Source of the DNA: Alphaproteobacteria bacterium
GTDB taxonomy: Bacteria > Pseudomonadota > Alphaproteobacteria > GCA-2731375
Reading direction: 5' to 3'
DNA: 64,000 bases
Assembly: GCA_965232515.1 (NCBI GenBank)
Contig: CBDDPY010000002.1
Coordinates: 5,440,001 to 5,504,000 of the forward strand
Shown here piece after piece: positions 1 through 12,129 of the stretch; the first letter of the stretch is position 1; each line of letters begins with the position of its first letter. Under the pieces are notes generated by a model, which saw nothing but the letters and a program-made list of their open reading frames with translations, had not been told where the DNA came from and searched no databases. The translations under genes and the position numbers were made by a program.

Positions 1-894
1 AAATGGGACGGTATCCGGGTGCAACTGTCGTCCGGCGACGGGGTCGTCCGGCTGTACTCGCGCACCGGCGAGGATATCGGCGGCAGCTTCCCCGACCTGC
101 TGTCGGGAGTCGATTTCGGCGCGGTGCTGGATGGCGAGCTGCTGGTCATTCGCGATGGCGCCGTGGCGCCGTTCGCCGATTTGCAGAAGCGGCTGAACCG
201 CAAGACGGTCAGCGGCAAGCTGCAACGCGAGTATCCCGTCGGCGTCCGGCTCTACGACATCCTGTTCGACGATGGCGACGACCTGCGCGCGCTGCCGCTC
301 GACGACCGGCGCGGCCGCCTGGAAGCCTGGTTCTCGGCGCGCCGGCCGGCCGGCCTCGACCTGTCGCCGCTGGTATCCTTCGACGACTGGCCGATGCTGG
401 CCGAACTGCGCCGCGCGCCGCCGCTCGACGGCGTCGAGGGATTGATGCTGAAACGCCGTGACAGCGCCTACGTCGCCGGCCGGCCGAAGGGGCCCTGGAT
501 TAAATGGAAGCGCGATCCGCTGCTGGCGGATGCTGTTCTAATGTACGCGCAGCGCGGCCACGGCAAGCGCTCATCCTACTATTCCGATTATACCTTCGGG
601 GTCTGGCGCGGCGATGAACTGGTTCCGGTGGGCAAGGCCTATTTCGGTTTCACGGATGCCGAGCTGGTCGAACTGGACCGTTGGGTCCGCAATCACACGA
701 CCAACAGGTTCGGCCCGGTGCGCGAGGTGTCGCGGGGCCTCGTTCTCGAAGTGGCTTTCGACGGCGTGCAGAAATCCGGTCGTCACAAGTCCGGGTTGGC
801 CATGCGGTTCCCCCGCATCAGCCGGATACGCTGGGATAAGCCGGTTGTCGAAGCCGACGCCATCGAGGCGCTGTTGGCACACTTGCCGCGCTAG
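1..894 (+). CDS. ATP-dependent DNA ligase (5' truncated by window edge)
   Basis: Frame 1 opens with KWDGIR (motif I KxDGxR); also DGE, EGLMLK, WIKWK and MRFPR (OB-fold) motifs. Confidence 0.95.
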   Translation, partial: KWDGIRVQLSSGDGVVRLYSRTGEDIGGSFPDLLSGVDFGAVLDGELLVIRDGAVAPFADLQKRLNRKTVSGKLQREYPVGVRLYDILFDDGDDLRALPLDDRRGRLEAWFSARRPAGLDLSPLVSFDDWPMLAELRRAPPLDGVEGLMLKRRDSAYVAGRPKGPWIKWKRDPLLADAVLMYAQRGHGKRSSYYSDYTFGVWRGDELVPVGKAYFGFTDAELVELDRWVRNHTTNRFGPVREVSRGLVLEVAFDGVQKSGRHKSGLAMRFPRISRIRWDKPVVEADAIEALLAHLPR

Positions 895-905
895 TACAGC
901 ATTTC

Positions 906-921
906 GTTAACGCTTCTTTCA
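906..921 (-). promoter_or_regulatory. CtrA-like site (TGAA-N7-TTAAC on minus strand)
   Basis: GTTAACGCTTCTTTCA, one mismatch to TTAA-N7-TTAAC, upstream of an Hpt gene. Confidence 0.35.
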
Positions 922-993
922 TCACGGCAATTCACAATCGTAGCGCGTATATCCCGTATTCCGTCGGCGTTTGATCGGCGCCGGCTACGTGGC

Positions 994-1527
994 GTGGAAG
1001 TGTCGACCGTGAGCAAAGAAGATAATCAGCGGCAACAGCCGCCGCCTGGCTCGACGCCGGATGCATCGCATTGGCATGAAGTTATCGAAATTCCCAACAC
1101 CTTGAAGGACAAGGTGGGTGGCGCCGGCATCAGCGCCGACCTTTTGCGCGATGCCGAGGTCGCGGTCGCCGGCTTGCAGGACGACTACGAGACCCGGCTG
1201 CAGCAGGAAATCGATCATTTCAGCGCCGACTTCGAAGCCATGCGCGGCGCGGGCGCATTCGATCCGAAGCGGCTGTTCGCGCTCGCGCATGAGCTCAGGG
1301 GCGAAGCCGGCAGCTACGGCTACCCGCTGATCTCGCGCGCGGCCGACGTGCTCTGCAAGCTGCTGGAAAAGCGGACCGCGCTCGCGCCCACCGATGTCGA
1401 CATCGTCGAAGCGCACCTACGCGCCTTTCGGACGGTGCTCGACAGGCGGATCAAGGGCCACGGCGGGCCGGCCGGCGAACGGCTTATCGATCGGCTGGAG
1501 GCGATTGTCTCGAACGCCATCGGCTAG
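994..1527 (+). CDS. Hpt (histidine phosphotransfer) domain protein
   Basis: LAHELRGEAGSYGYP matches the Hpt HxLKGxxGxxG pattern; GTG start uncertain. Confidence 0.8.
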   Translation: MEVSTVSKEDNQRQQPPPGSTPDASHWHEVIEIPNTLKDKVGGAGISADLLRDAEVAVAGLQDDYETRLQQEIDHFSADFEAMRGAGAFDPKRLFALAHELRGEAGSYGYPLISRAADVLCKLLEKRTALAPTDVDIVEAHLRAFRTVLDRRIKGHGGPAGERLIDRLEAIVSNAIG

Positions 1528-1540
1528 CGGCGATTTGGGT

Positions 1541-2038
1541 TTACCATCCGCGCGTTCCCGGTCCGCCTTTGAACGGGCCGACGATGTCGCTGGTGATCCA
1601 GCCGCCGTAGAAGTCGCCCTCCTGCGACTGCACGCGTTCGTCGTCCACAAAACAGGCCTCGACGCGTGAGGGATAGAAGGCGAGGTAATCGGTGATGGCG
1701 GTGAAGGCAGGCCAGGGTTCCGGATAGCTCCACGCGACATCGACCGAGACGGTGTCGCCGTCGGTGATCGACCAGTAGCGCGCGATGCCCTTGAATTCAC
1801 AGAGCGTACGGCGTTCTCCGGGGGTCAGGCGCGCCATGTCGATATCGGCCGGCGGCAGGTAGTAGACCGGCGGATGGCTCGTTTCGAGAACGCGGTAGGC
1901 ATTCTGGCTGTCGGCGAGGGACCGGCCGCCGAACTCGATCCGGATCCGCCTGTCCGCGCGTTCGAGGCGCGGCGGCCGGGGATAGTCCCATACGCTCTCG
2001 CGACCGCTGCCGCCGTTGGTTTCGCCTGTCGTCGCCAT
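1541..2038 (-). CDS. DUF427 domain protein
   Basis: ESVWDYPRPP, LETSHPPVYY, CEFKG, FYGGWIT and GPFKG signatures. Confidence 0.9.
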   Translation of the reverse strand: MATTGETNGGSGRESVWDYPRPPRLERADRRIRIEFGGRSLADSQNAYRVLETSHPPVYYLPPADIDMARLTPGERRTLCEFKGIARYWSITDGDTVSVDVAWSYPEPWPAFTAITDYLAFYPSRVEACFVDDERVQSQEGDFYGGWITSDIVGPFKGGPGTRGW

Positions 2039-2086
2039 GAGGTGTCACCGTTGCCGTATCGATGGCTATGGAGATATGCTGCGCCC

Positions 2087-2266
2087 ATGCCGCAGACAAT
2101 GGTGCAATTCCCGATCTGGCAACGAGTGACGGTTGCCGCCGCCATCGCGGGCGCGCTCGCCGCCGGCGTGGCCGGCCTTGCGTTGTCCGAGGGCGTGGCC
2201 GCCTTCTGGCACGGTTTCATCTACAACGGGTTTTCCGCGCTGCCGGCCGGTCTGTTCATCTGCTGA
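2087..2266 (+). CDS. Small hypothetical membrane protein (59 aa)
   Basis: ATG at 2087; hydrophobic stretch [18 protein letters not shown]; fills the gap before the YbjQ gene. Confidence 0.45.
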   Translation: MPQTMVQFPIWQRVTVAAAIAGALAAGVAGLALSEGVAAFWHGFIYNGFSALPAGLFIC

Positions 2267-2286
2267 CTTCGCTTAGGAGCGTCATC

Positions 2287-2601
2287 GTGATCGTCACCAC
2301 CACGGACAGTGTCGAGGGTAAGAAGGTCGTCGAGTATCTCGGCGTGGTCAGCGGCGAGGCGGTCTACGGCGCGAACGTGTTCCGCGACATCTTCGCCTCG
2401 ATCCGCGACGTGGTCGGCGGCCGCACCGGCGGCTATGAACAGGTCCTCAAAGACGGCAAGATCGCGGCGCTGGAGGACATGATCGAAGAGGCCCGCGCAC
2501 GCGGCGCCGACGCCGTCATCGGCACCGACCTCGACTATGAGCAGATCGGCCAGAGCATGCTGATGGTCAGCGCCAACGGCACCGCCGTGAAGCTCGGCTA
2601 G
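2287..2601 (+). CDS. YbjQ/UPF0145 family protein
   Basis: IVTTTD...G.VSGE...[14 protein letters not shown]...ANGTAVK; AGGAG precedes GTG at 2287. Confidence 0.9.
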   Translation: MIVTTTDSVEGKKVVEYLGVVSGEAVYGANVFRDIFASIRDVVGGRTGGYEQVLKDGKIAALEDMIEEARARGADAVIGTDLDYEQIGQSMLMVSANGTAVKLG

Positions 2602-2639
2602 CCATCTGGCCAAACCGCAAGGCGTATCAACCCACAAGG

Positions 2640-2729
2640 CGTCGGTTTCAGGCCGAGACCGCGGCCCGCCGGCTTATCCGGCGCGCCCGCGCAGGCGCGG
2701 ACCGTCAGGTCCGCAGCCGTGAGCGCAAA
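2640..2729. repeat. Intergenic multi-hairpin repeat; its 3' 34 bp recur at 44267-44300
   Basis: 2696-2729 CGCGGACCGTCAGGTCCGCAGCCGTGAGCGCAAA is 31/34 identical to 44267-44300; left boundary approximate. Confidence 0.7.
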
Positions 2730-2732
2730 CAG

Positions 2733-2767
2733 CTAAGCCGCATCCCATTTCATGGGATGCGGCTTAG
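2733..2767. repeat. Perfect 16-bp-stem palindrome between convergent genes (terminator or collapsed MITE)
   Basis: CTAAGCCGCATCCCAT-TTC-ATGGGATGCGGCTTAG; includes the TAA stop of the minus-strand gene. Confidence 0.75.
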
Positions 2768-4131
2768 AACCGCCGCGAGGCGCCGATCGTGAATGCGGTG
2801 TTGTTGTAAGAGAAATTCCGGAAGTTCGAATCGACGATCGTGCGCTGCACAGTGCCGATCACCGACCAGTCGCGGGTCACGGGCACGCTGGTCAGGAAGC
2901 TGAACCGCCGCTCCTCGTCACTGCGATTGCGGTTCGGGTCGACCGTCGGATCGGGCGCGAAATACTTGGTGTAGATGAAGGTCCCGTTCACTGACGAGGT
3001 CCAGGGCCGGTTCGTCAGCTTGAAGGGCGCGCCGTAGCTCTGCGTGTAGCCCAAAGTCAACTGGAACTCGCGGTTCGAGTGCAGGCTTTCATCGGCATCC
3101 TCGACCTTGATCGAGCTGGCGCCGCTCAGAAAGATGCCGGGCCGCACCTGATAGCGTAGGTCGACGCGGGCCTCGTCCTCGTGACCGTCCTGCTCGTCGG
3201 CGGTCGGGCGCGAGTCGCTCTCGCGGAACTCCTGCACGCGGTGCTCCAGGTTCAGCTCTCCGGCGAAGCTGGGCGTGAACTGGCGCGAGAAGTTGAAGCC
3301 CAGACCGAAGGCGTAGAAGTACGGCGAGTCCTCCAGCCAGACCTGTTCGCCGAAGATGTAGGGGCGCCATTCCACGTCATCGATCATGTCGGGCGAGAAC
3401 GGCCCGCGCGGTCCGAGCTTGATCTCGGTGAAGATCAGGTCGAGCTGCTGCTGCGAGGTGTGCTTCGCGCCATAGACCAGTCCGTCGGCTTCGAACATGT
3501 AGCCGTCCTGACGCTGCGGATCGTAGGTGTAGGTCAGCGAGCCCGAGCCGAAGGCGTTGAGATCGTTCTTGCGCGTGAAATCACCCGGCAGGATGGCGGG
3601 CAGACCGAACACCGTGATATCGGGCCGCTCCGGCGCCGAGTTGGCGTTGTCCTGATAGCGGATGCCGGCATAGATCGAGCCGGTGTAGCGGTGCTTGCTG
3701 GTGCGCTTGTCGATTTCCTCCAGGAAGACCGCCACCCGGGCGCGCACGTCGTCGGGCACGTTGTCGCCTTCGACGGCGCGGGTCAGATAGGCCCGCGCGA
3801 TGGCATAGGATTCGAGCCGGAAATACAGCACGCCCAGCTCCAGCCGCACGCGCGGCAAGTCCGGGTTGAACAGCAGCATGCGCTCCAGCGCGGTGATGGC
3901 GGCCTCGTAATCGCCTGCCTGAATGGCGATCTCGGCATACTGGAAGGTCTTGTCCAGGTTCGCCGGGTCGGACAGCATGTTCTGGAAGGCGCGGTCGAAT
4001 TGTTCTTCGACGCGCGGCGGTGTCGTCGTCTGCGCTAAGGCCGAATCGGCACATACCGCCAACGCGGCGAATACCATCGCCACGGCGTTGCTGCGCGTCA
4101 GTTTCGGCACAAAGTTCCCCCCCTTGCGCAT
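2764..4131 (-). CDS. TPR plus outer-membrane beta-barrel protein (Slam/DUF560-like)
   Basis: Signal peptide; TPR segment AITALERMLLFNPDLPRVRLELG; amphipathic beta strands; C-terminal Phe. Confidence 0.7.
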   Translation of the reverse strand: MRKGGNFVPKLTRSNAVAMVFAALAVCADSALAQTTTPPRVEEQFDRAFQNMLSDPANLDKTFQYAEIAIQAGDYEAAITALERMLLFNPDLPRVRLELGVLYFRLESYAIARAYLTRAVEGDNVPDDVRARVAVFLEEIDKRTSKHRYTGSIYAGIRYQDNANSAPERPDITVFGLPAILPGDFTRKNDLNAFGSGSLTYTYDPQRQDGYMFEADGLVYGAKHTSQQQLDLIFTEIKLGPRGPFSPDMIDDVEWRPYIFGEQVWLEDSPYFYAFGLGFNFSRQFTPSFAGELNLEHRVQEFRESDSRPTADEQDGHEDEARVDLRYQVRPGIFLSGASSIKVEDADESLHSNREFQLTLGYTQSYGAPFKLTNRPWTSSVNGTFIYTKYFAPDPTVDPNRNRSDEERRFSFLTSVPVTRDWSVIGTVQRTIVDSNFRNFSYNNTAFTIGASRRF

Positions 4132-4199
4132 TAACCCTGTCTCACTGAGTGAGGAAGCTAGCGGAAAGATCTTTTCCCATAAAGAGAATTCAGAACTGG

Positions 4200-4215
4200 T
4201 TACCGGCGGTTTAAC
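4200..4215 (+). promoter_or_regulatory. CtrA-like site TTAC-N7-TTAAC
   Basis: TTACCGGCGGTTTAAC in the divergent intergenic region. Confidence 0.35.
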
Positions 4216-4280
4216 GCGGACTGTGGCATTGCTGCCGCGACCTCACCGGATCGTGACCGGGGAAGCAAATCCGCCATAGG

Positions 4281-4309
4281 TTGACGTTGACGTAAACGTA
4301 AAGTATATT
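4281..4309 (+). promoter_or_regulatory. Sigma70 promoter overlapped by tandem LiuR-type operators
   Basis: -35 TTGACG (4281), 17-bp spacer, -10 TATATT (4304); palindromes TTGACGTTGACGTAAA (4281-4296) and TTGACGTAAACGTAAA (4287-4302). Confidence 0.8.
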
Positions 4310-4348
4310 CCGGATTGTTGGCGCGATGAAAAAAGCGAACGTCTGTCC

Positions 4349-4772
4349 ATGTCGATAACGCAGGCCCATCATATAGCGGCGCCGTCGAAGGCCGAAACCT
4401 ACACGATTACAGAGCTTTCCGAGGAATTCGGGATCACGCCGCGGACGATCCGGTTCTACGAGGACAAGGACCTGATCCGGCCCCGGCGCAACGGCATGAA
4501 CCGCGTTTACAGCCGCCGGGACCGGGCGCGGCTCTTGCTGATCCTGCGCGGCAAGCGGCTGGGCTTCAGCCTCGCCGACATCCGCGAAATGCTGGATCTC
4601 TATGACATCGGCGACGGTCAGGTCGAGCAGTTGCGCACCATGTTGCGCAAGAGCCGCGAGCGAATCGCCAGTTTGGAGGCGCAGCGCCGCGACATCGACG
4701 ACGCGATCTCCGAGTTGACCACCGGCTGCGGCCAGATCGAGGCCGTGCTGGTGCGCAAAGGGGTTCCGGTCG

Positions 4773-4783
<11 letters not shown>
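4349..4783 (+). CDS. liuR: MerR-family regulator, LiuR-like
   Basis: YTITELSEEFGITPRTIRFYED...RARLLLILRGKRLGFSL; ACGT-N2-ACGT operator upstream. Confidence 0.85.
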
Positions 4784-8596
<3,813 letters not shown>

Positions 8597-8636
8597 GGCG
8601 CGCAACGAACACGGAAAACGAACGGAACCGAGAACG

Positions 8637-9773
8637 ATGAAAAACGTAGTGATCGCGGGCTATGCCCGCTCGCCCTTCACGCCCGCGAAAAGGGGCGAGC
8701 TGGCCCGTGTGCGGCCCGACGAGATGGCGGCCCAGGTGGTCAAAACCATGGTCGAGAGCAGTGGCGTCAACAAGGACGACATCGAAGACCTGATCATGGG
8801 CTGCGCCTTTCCGGAAGGCGAGCAGGGCCTGAACGTCGCCCGCATGGTCGGCTTCCTTGCCGGCCTGCCGCAGACCGTCGGCGGCACCACGGTGAACCGG
8901 TTCTGCGGTTCGTCCATGCAGTCCGTGCACATGGCGGCGGGCGCCATTCAGATGAATGCCGGTGAGGTATTCGTCTGCGCCGGCATCGAGTCGATGACCC
9001 GCATCCCCATGACCGGCTTCAACCCGATGCCGCACCCGGGTCTCTATCAGGAATACCCGCAGGCCTATATCTCCATGGGCATGACGGCCGAGAACCTGGC
9101 CAAGAAATACGACATCAGCCGCGACGCCCAGGAGCAGATGGCGATCGACAGCCACGCCAAGGCCGCGGCCGCCCAGGAGGCCGGCAAGTTCACGGATGAG
9201 ATCGTGCCGATCACCGACGGCAATGCGCGCATCGAATTGGACGGCTGCATCCGCCCCGGCACCGACAAGGCCAGCCTTGGCGGCCTGGACCCGGCTTTTG
9301 ACAAGGACGGTTCGGTCACGGCCGGCACCTCGTCGCCGCTGACCGACGGCGCCTCGGCGACGTTGGTCTGCTCGGAAGACTATGCCGACGCCAACGGCCT
9401 GAAAAAGCTGGCCCGCGTCAAGGGCATCGCGGTCGCCGGCTGCGCGCCCGAGATCATGGGCATCGGCCCGGTTCCGGCCACCAAGAAGGCGCTGGAGCGC
9501 GCCGGCCTGCAGATCGGCGACGTCGACGTGATCGAGCTGAACGAGGCCTTCTCGGCCCAGGCCATTGCCGTCATCCGCGAGTCCGGCATGGACGAAGCGA
9601 AGATCAACCTCGATGGCGGCGCGCTCGCCATGGGCCATCCGCTCGGCGCCACCGGCGCCCGCATCACCGGCAAGACCGCGGCGCTGCTGCAGCGCGAGGG
9701 CAAGCAATTCGGCCTGGCGACGCAGTGCATCGGCGGCGGCCAGGGTATCGCCACCGTGCTGGAGGCCTGCTGA
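8637..9773 (+). CDS. Acetyl-CoA C-acyltransferase (thiolase)
   Basis: NRFCGSS, NEAF, GHPLGATG, CIGGGQG. Confidence 0.95.
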   Translation: MKNVVIAGYARSPFTPAKRGELARVRPDEMAAQVVKTMVESSGVNKDDIEDLIMGCAFPEGEQGLNVARMVGFLAGLPQTVGGTTVNRFCGSSMQSVHMAAGAIQMNAGEVFVCAGIESMTRIPMTGFNPMPHPGLYQEYPQAYISMGMTAENLAKKYDISRDAQEQMAIDSHAKAAAAQEAGKFTDEIVPITDGNARIELDGCIRPGTDKASLGGLDPAFDKDGSVTAGTSSPLTDGASATLVCSEDYADANGLKKLARVKGIAVAGCAPEIMGIGPVPATKKALERAGLQIGDVDVIELNEAFSAQAIAVIRESGMDEAKINLDGGALAMGHPLGATGARITGKTAALLQREGKQFGLATQCIGGGQGIATVLEAC

Positions 9774-12112
9774 TGACCGAGATCAACAAGGTCGCCGTGC
9801 TCGGCGCCGGCGTCATGGGCAGCGGCATCGCCGCCCACGTCGCCAATGCCGGTGTGCCGGTCGTGCTGCTCGACATCGTGCCCGACGGCGCCAACGACCG
9901 CAGCATGCTCGCCAAGGGCGCGGTCGAGCGCATGCTGAAGCAGAAGCCGGCGCCGTTCATGCACAAGAAAAACGCCCGGCTGGTGACGCCCGGCAACCTG
10001 GAGGACGACCTTGACCAGCTGGCGGATGCCGACTGGATCGTCGAGGCCGTGCTCGAGGATCTCGACGTCAAGCACAAGGTCTATGGCGAGATCGAGAAGG
10101 TGCGGAAAGACGGCTCGATCGTCACGTCGAACACCTCGACGATCCCGCTGCAGGACCTGGTCGACGGCCTGCCGGAGCGTTTCGTGCAGGACTTCGCCGT
10201 CACCCACTTCTTCAATCCGCCGCGCTACATGCGGTTGTTGGAGCTGGTCGCGGGCGAGGCGACGCGGGCCGACGCGCTCGACGCGCTCAGCCGTTTCGGT
10301 GATGTGAAACTCGGCAAGGACGTCGTCGTCTGCAAGGACACGCCCGGCTTCATCGCCAACCGCATCGGCATCTATTGGAGCTACGTGGCGATGTCGGAGG
10401 CGATGCGCCTCGGCCTCACCGTTGAGGAGGCGGACTCCATCGTCGGCCGGCCCATGGGCATCCCGAAGACCGGCATCTTCGGCCTGGGCGACCTGACCGG
10501 CATCGATCTGGCGCCGCACGTCAACGCCAGCATGCTGCGGCTGTTGCCGGAGGACGACGCCTTCGTGCAGGCGTTCGACGCCGACGGGCCGCTGCCGGCG
10601 CTGATCGCCGACATGATCGAGAAGGGCCGCACCGGCCGCAAGGGCGGCGGCGGTTTCTATCGCCGCACCAAGGGTGCCGACGGCAAGTCCGTCAAGGAAG
10701 CGCTGGACCTGGAGACGCGGGAATACCGGTCGTCCGTGAAAGCGCGGCTGGACAGCGCCAGGGCAGGCAAGAAGGGTCTGCGGGCAGTGGCCGAGCATCC
10801 CGACAAGGGCGGTGACTATGCCTGGGCCGTGCTGTCGAAAGTGCTGAGCTACGCCGCTTCGCTGGTGCCCGAGATTTCCGACGATATCGTCGCCGTGGAT
10901 CGCGCCATGAAGGCGGGCTACGCCTGGAAATACGGGCCGTTCGAGCAGATCGACCAGCTCGGCACGAAGTGGTTCGCCGAGCGCCTGGCGGCGGACGGCC
11001 TGCCGGTGCCGGAACTGATCGCCAACGCCGGCGACCGGCCGCTCTACAAGCAGGACGACGGCAGCGCCTATCATCTGACCACGGCGGCCGACTATGCCGA
11101 GATCGCCGTGCCGGACGACGCCTGGAAACTTGCTGACAAGAAGCGCGGGCAGAAGCCCATCGCCCGCAACGGATCGGCCAGCATCTGGGATGTCGGCGAT
11201 GGCGTCGCCTGCCTCGAGCTTCACTCGAAGATGAATTCCATCGACGAGGGCACGGTGGCGATGATCGGCCAGGCCGCGAAGCTCGACAAAAAGGGCTACA
11301 AGGCGCTGATCATTGGCGGCGACTACGACAACTTCTCGGTCGGCGCCAATATCGGCGTCGCCCTGTTCGCCGCCAATGCCGCCATGTGGCCGGTGATCGA
11401 CCAGTCGGTCGGCGCCCTGCAGAGCGCGCTCATCGGTCTGAAATACGCGCCGTTCCCGGTGGTCAGCGCCGTCGCCGGCATGGCGCTCGGCGGCGGCTGC
11501 GAGATCGCGCTGCACTCGGACGCGGTGCAGGCGCATGGCGAAAGCTATATGGGCCTGGTCGAGGTCGGCGTCGGTGTGATTCCGGCCGGCGGCGGCACCA
11601 AGGAGCTGCTGGTCCGCTGCACCGCCAACAAGAAGCGACCCGGCGGCCCGATGCCGGCCGTGGCCCAGGCTTTCGAGACCATCAGCACGGCCAAGGTCGG
11701 CACCTCGGCGGCGGAATCGCGGGACCTCATGTTCCTGCGGCCGAGCGATGACGTGACCATGAACCGCGACCGGCTGCTGGCCGACGCCAAGGCCAAAGCA
11801 TTGGCGCTGGCCGACGGCTATCAGCCGCCGGAGAAGCCGGTGCTCAACCTGCCGGGCAAGACGGCCAAGGTGGCGATGCAGATGGCGGTCGAAGGCTTCG
11901 TGCACCAGGGCAAGGCGACGGCGCATGACGCTGTTGTGGCCGAACGGCTCGCCGGCGTGCTGTCTGGCGGCGACACCGATCTCCTGGACGAGGTCAGCGA
12001 GAAGGACCTGTTGAAGCTCGAGCGCGAGGCTTTCGTCGCGCTGATCAAGCAGACGCCGACGCTGGACCGGATCGAACACATGCTCGAGACCGGCCGGCCG
12101 TTGCGCAACTGA
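9773..12112 (+). CDS. 3-hydroxyacyl-CoA dehydrogenase/enoyl-CoA hydratase (FadN-type)
   Basis: GAGVMG, SNTS, HFFNPPRYM, C-terminal crotonase ALGGGCE; TGATG coupling to the thiolase. Confidence 0.93.
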   Translation: MTEINKVAVLGAGVMGSGIAAHVANAGVPVVLLDIVPDGANDRSMLAKGAVERMLKQKPAPFMHKKNARLVTPGNLEDDLDQLADADWIVEAVLEDLDVKHKVYGEIEKVRKDGSIVTSNTSTIPLQDLVDGLPERFVQDFAVTHFFNPPRYMRLLELVAGEATRADALDALSRFGDVKLGKDVVVCKDTPGFIANRIGIYWSYVAMSEAMRLGLTVEEADSIVGRPMGIPKTGIFGLGDLTGIDLAPHVNASMLRLLPEDDAFVQAFDADGPLPALIADMIEKGRTGRKGGGGFYRRTKGADGKSVKEALDLETREYRSSVKARLDSARAGKKGLRAVAEHPDKGGDYAWAVLSKVLSYAASLVPEISDDIVAVDRAMKAGYAWKYGPFEQIDQLGTKWFAERLAADGLPVPELIANAGDRPLYKQDDGSAYHLTTAADYAEIAVPDDAWKLADKKRGQKPIARNGSASIWDVGDGVACLELHSKMNSIDEGTVAMIGQAAKLDKKGYKALIIGGDYDNFSVGANIGVALFAANAAMWPVIDQSVGALQSALIGLKYAPFPVVSAVAGMALGGGCEIALHSDAVQAHGESYMGLVEVGVGVIPAGGGTKELLVRCTANKKRPGGPMPAVAQAFETISTAKVGTSAAESRDLMFLRPSDDVTMNRDRLLADAKAKALALADGYQPPEKPVLNLPGKTAKVAMQMAVEGFVHQGKATAHDAVVAERLAGVLSGGDTDLLDEVSEKDLLKLEREAFVALIKQTPTLDRIEHMLETGRPLRN

Positions 12113-12129
12113 CGAGAGGGACGACCGAC

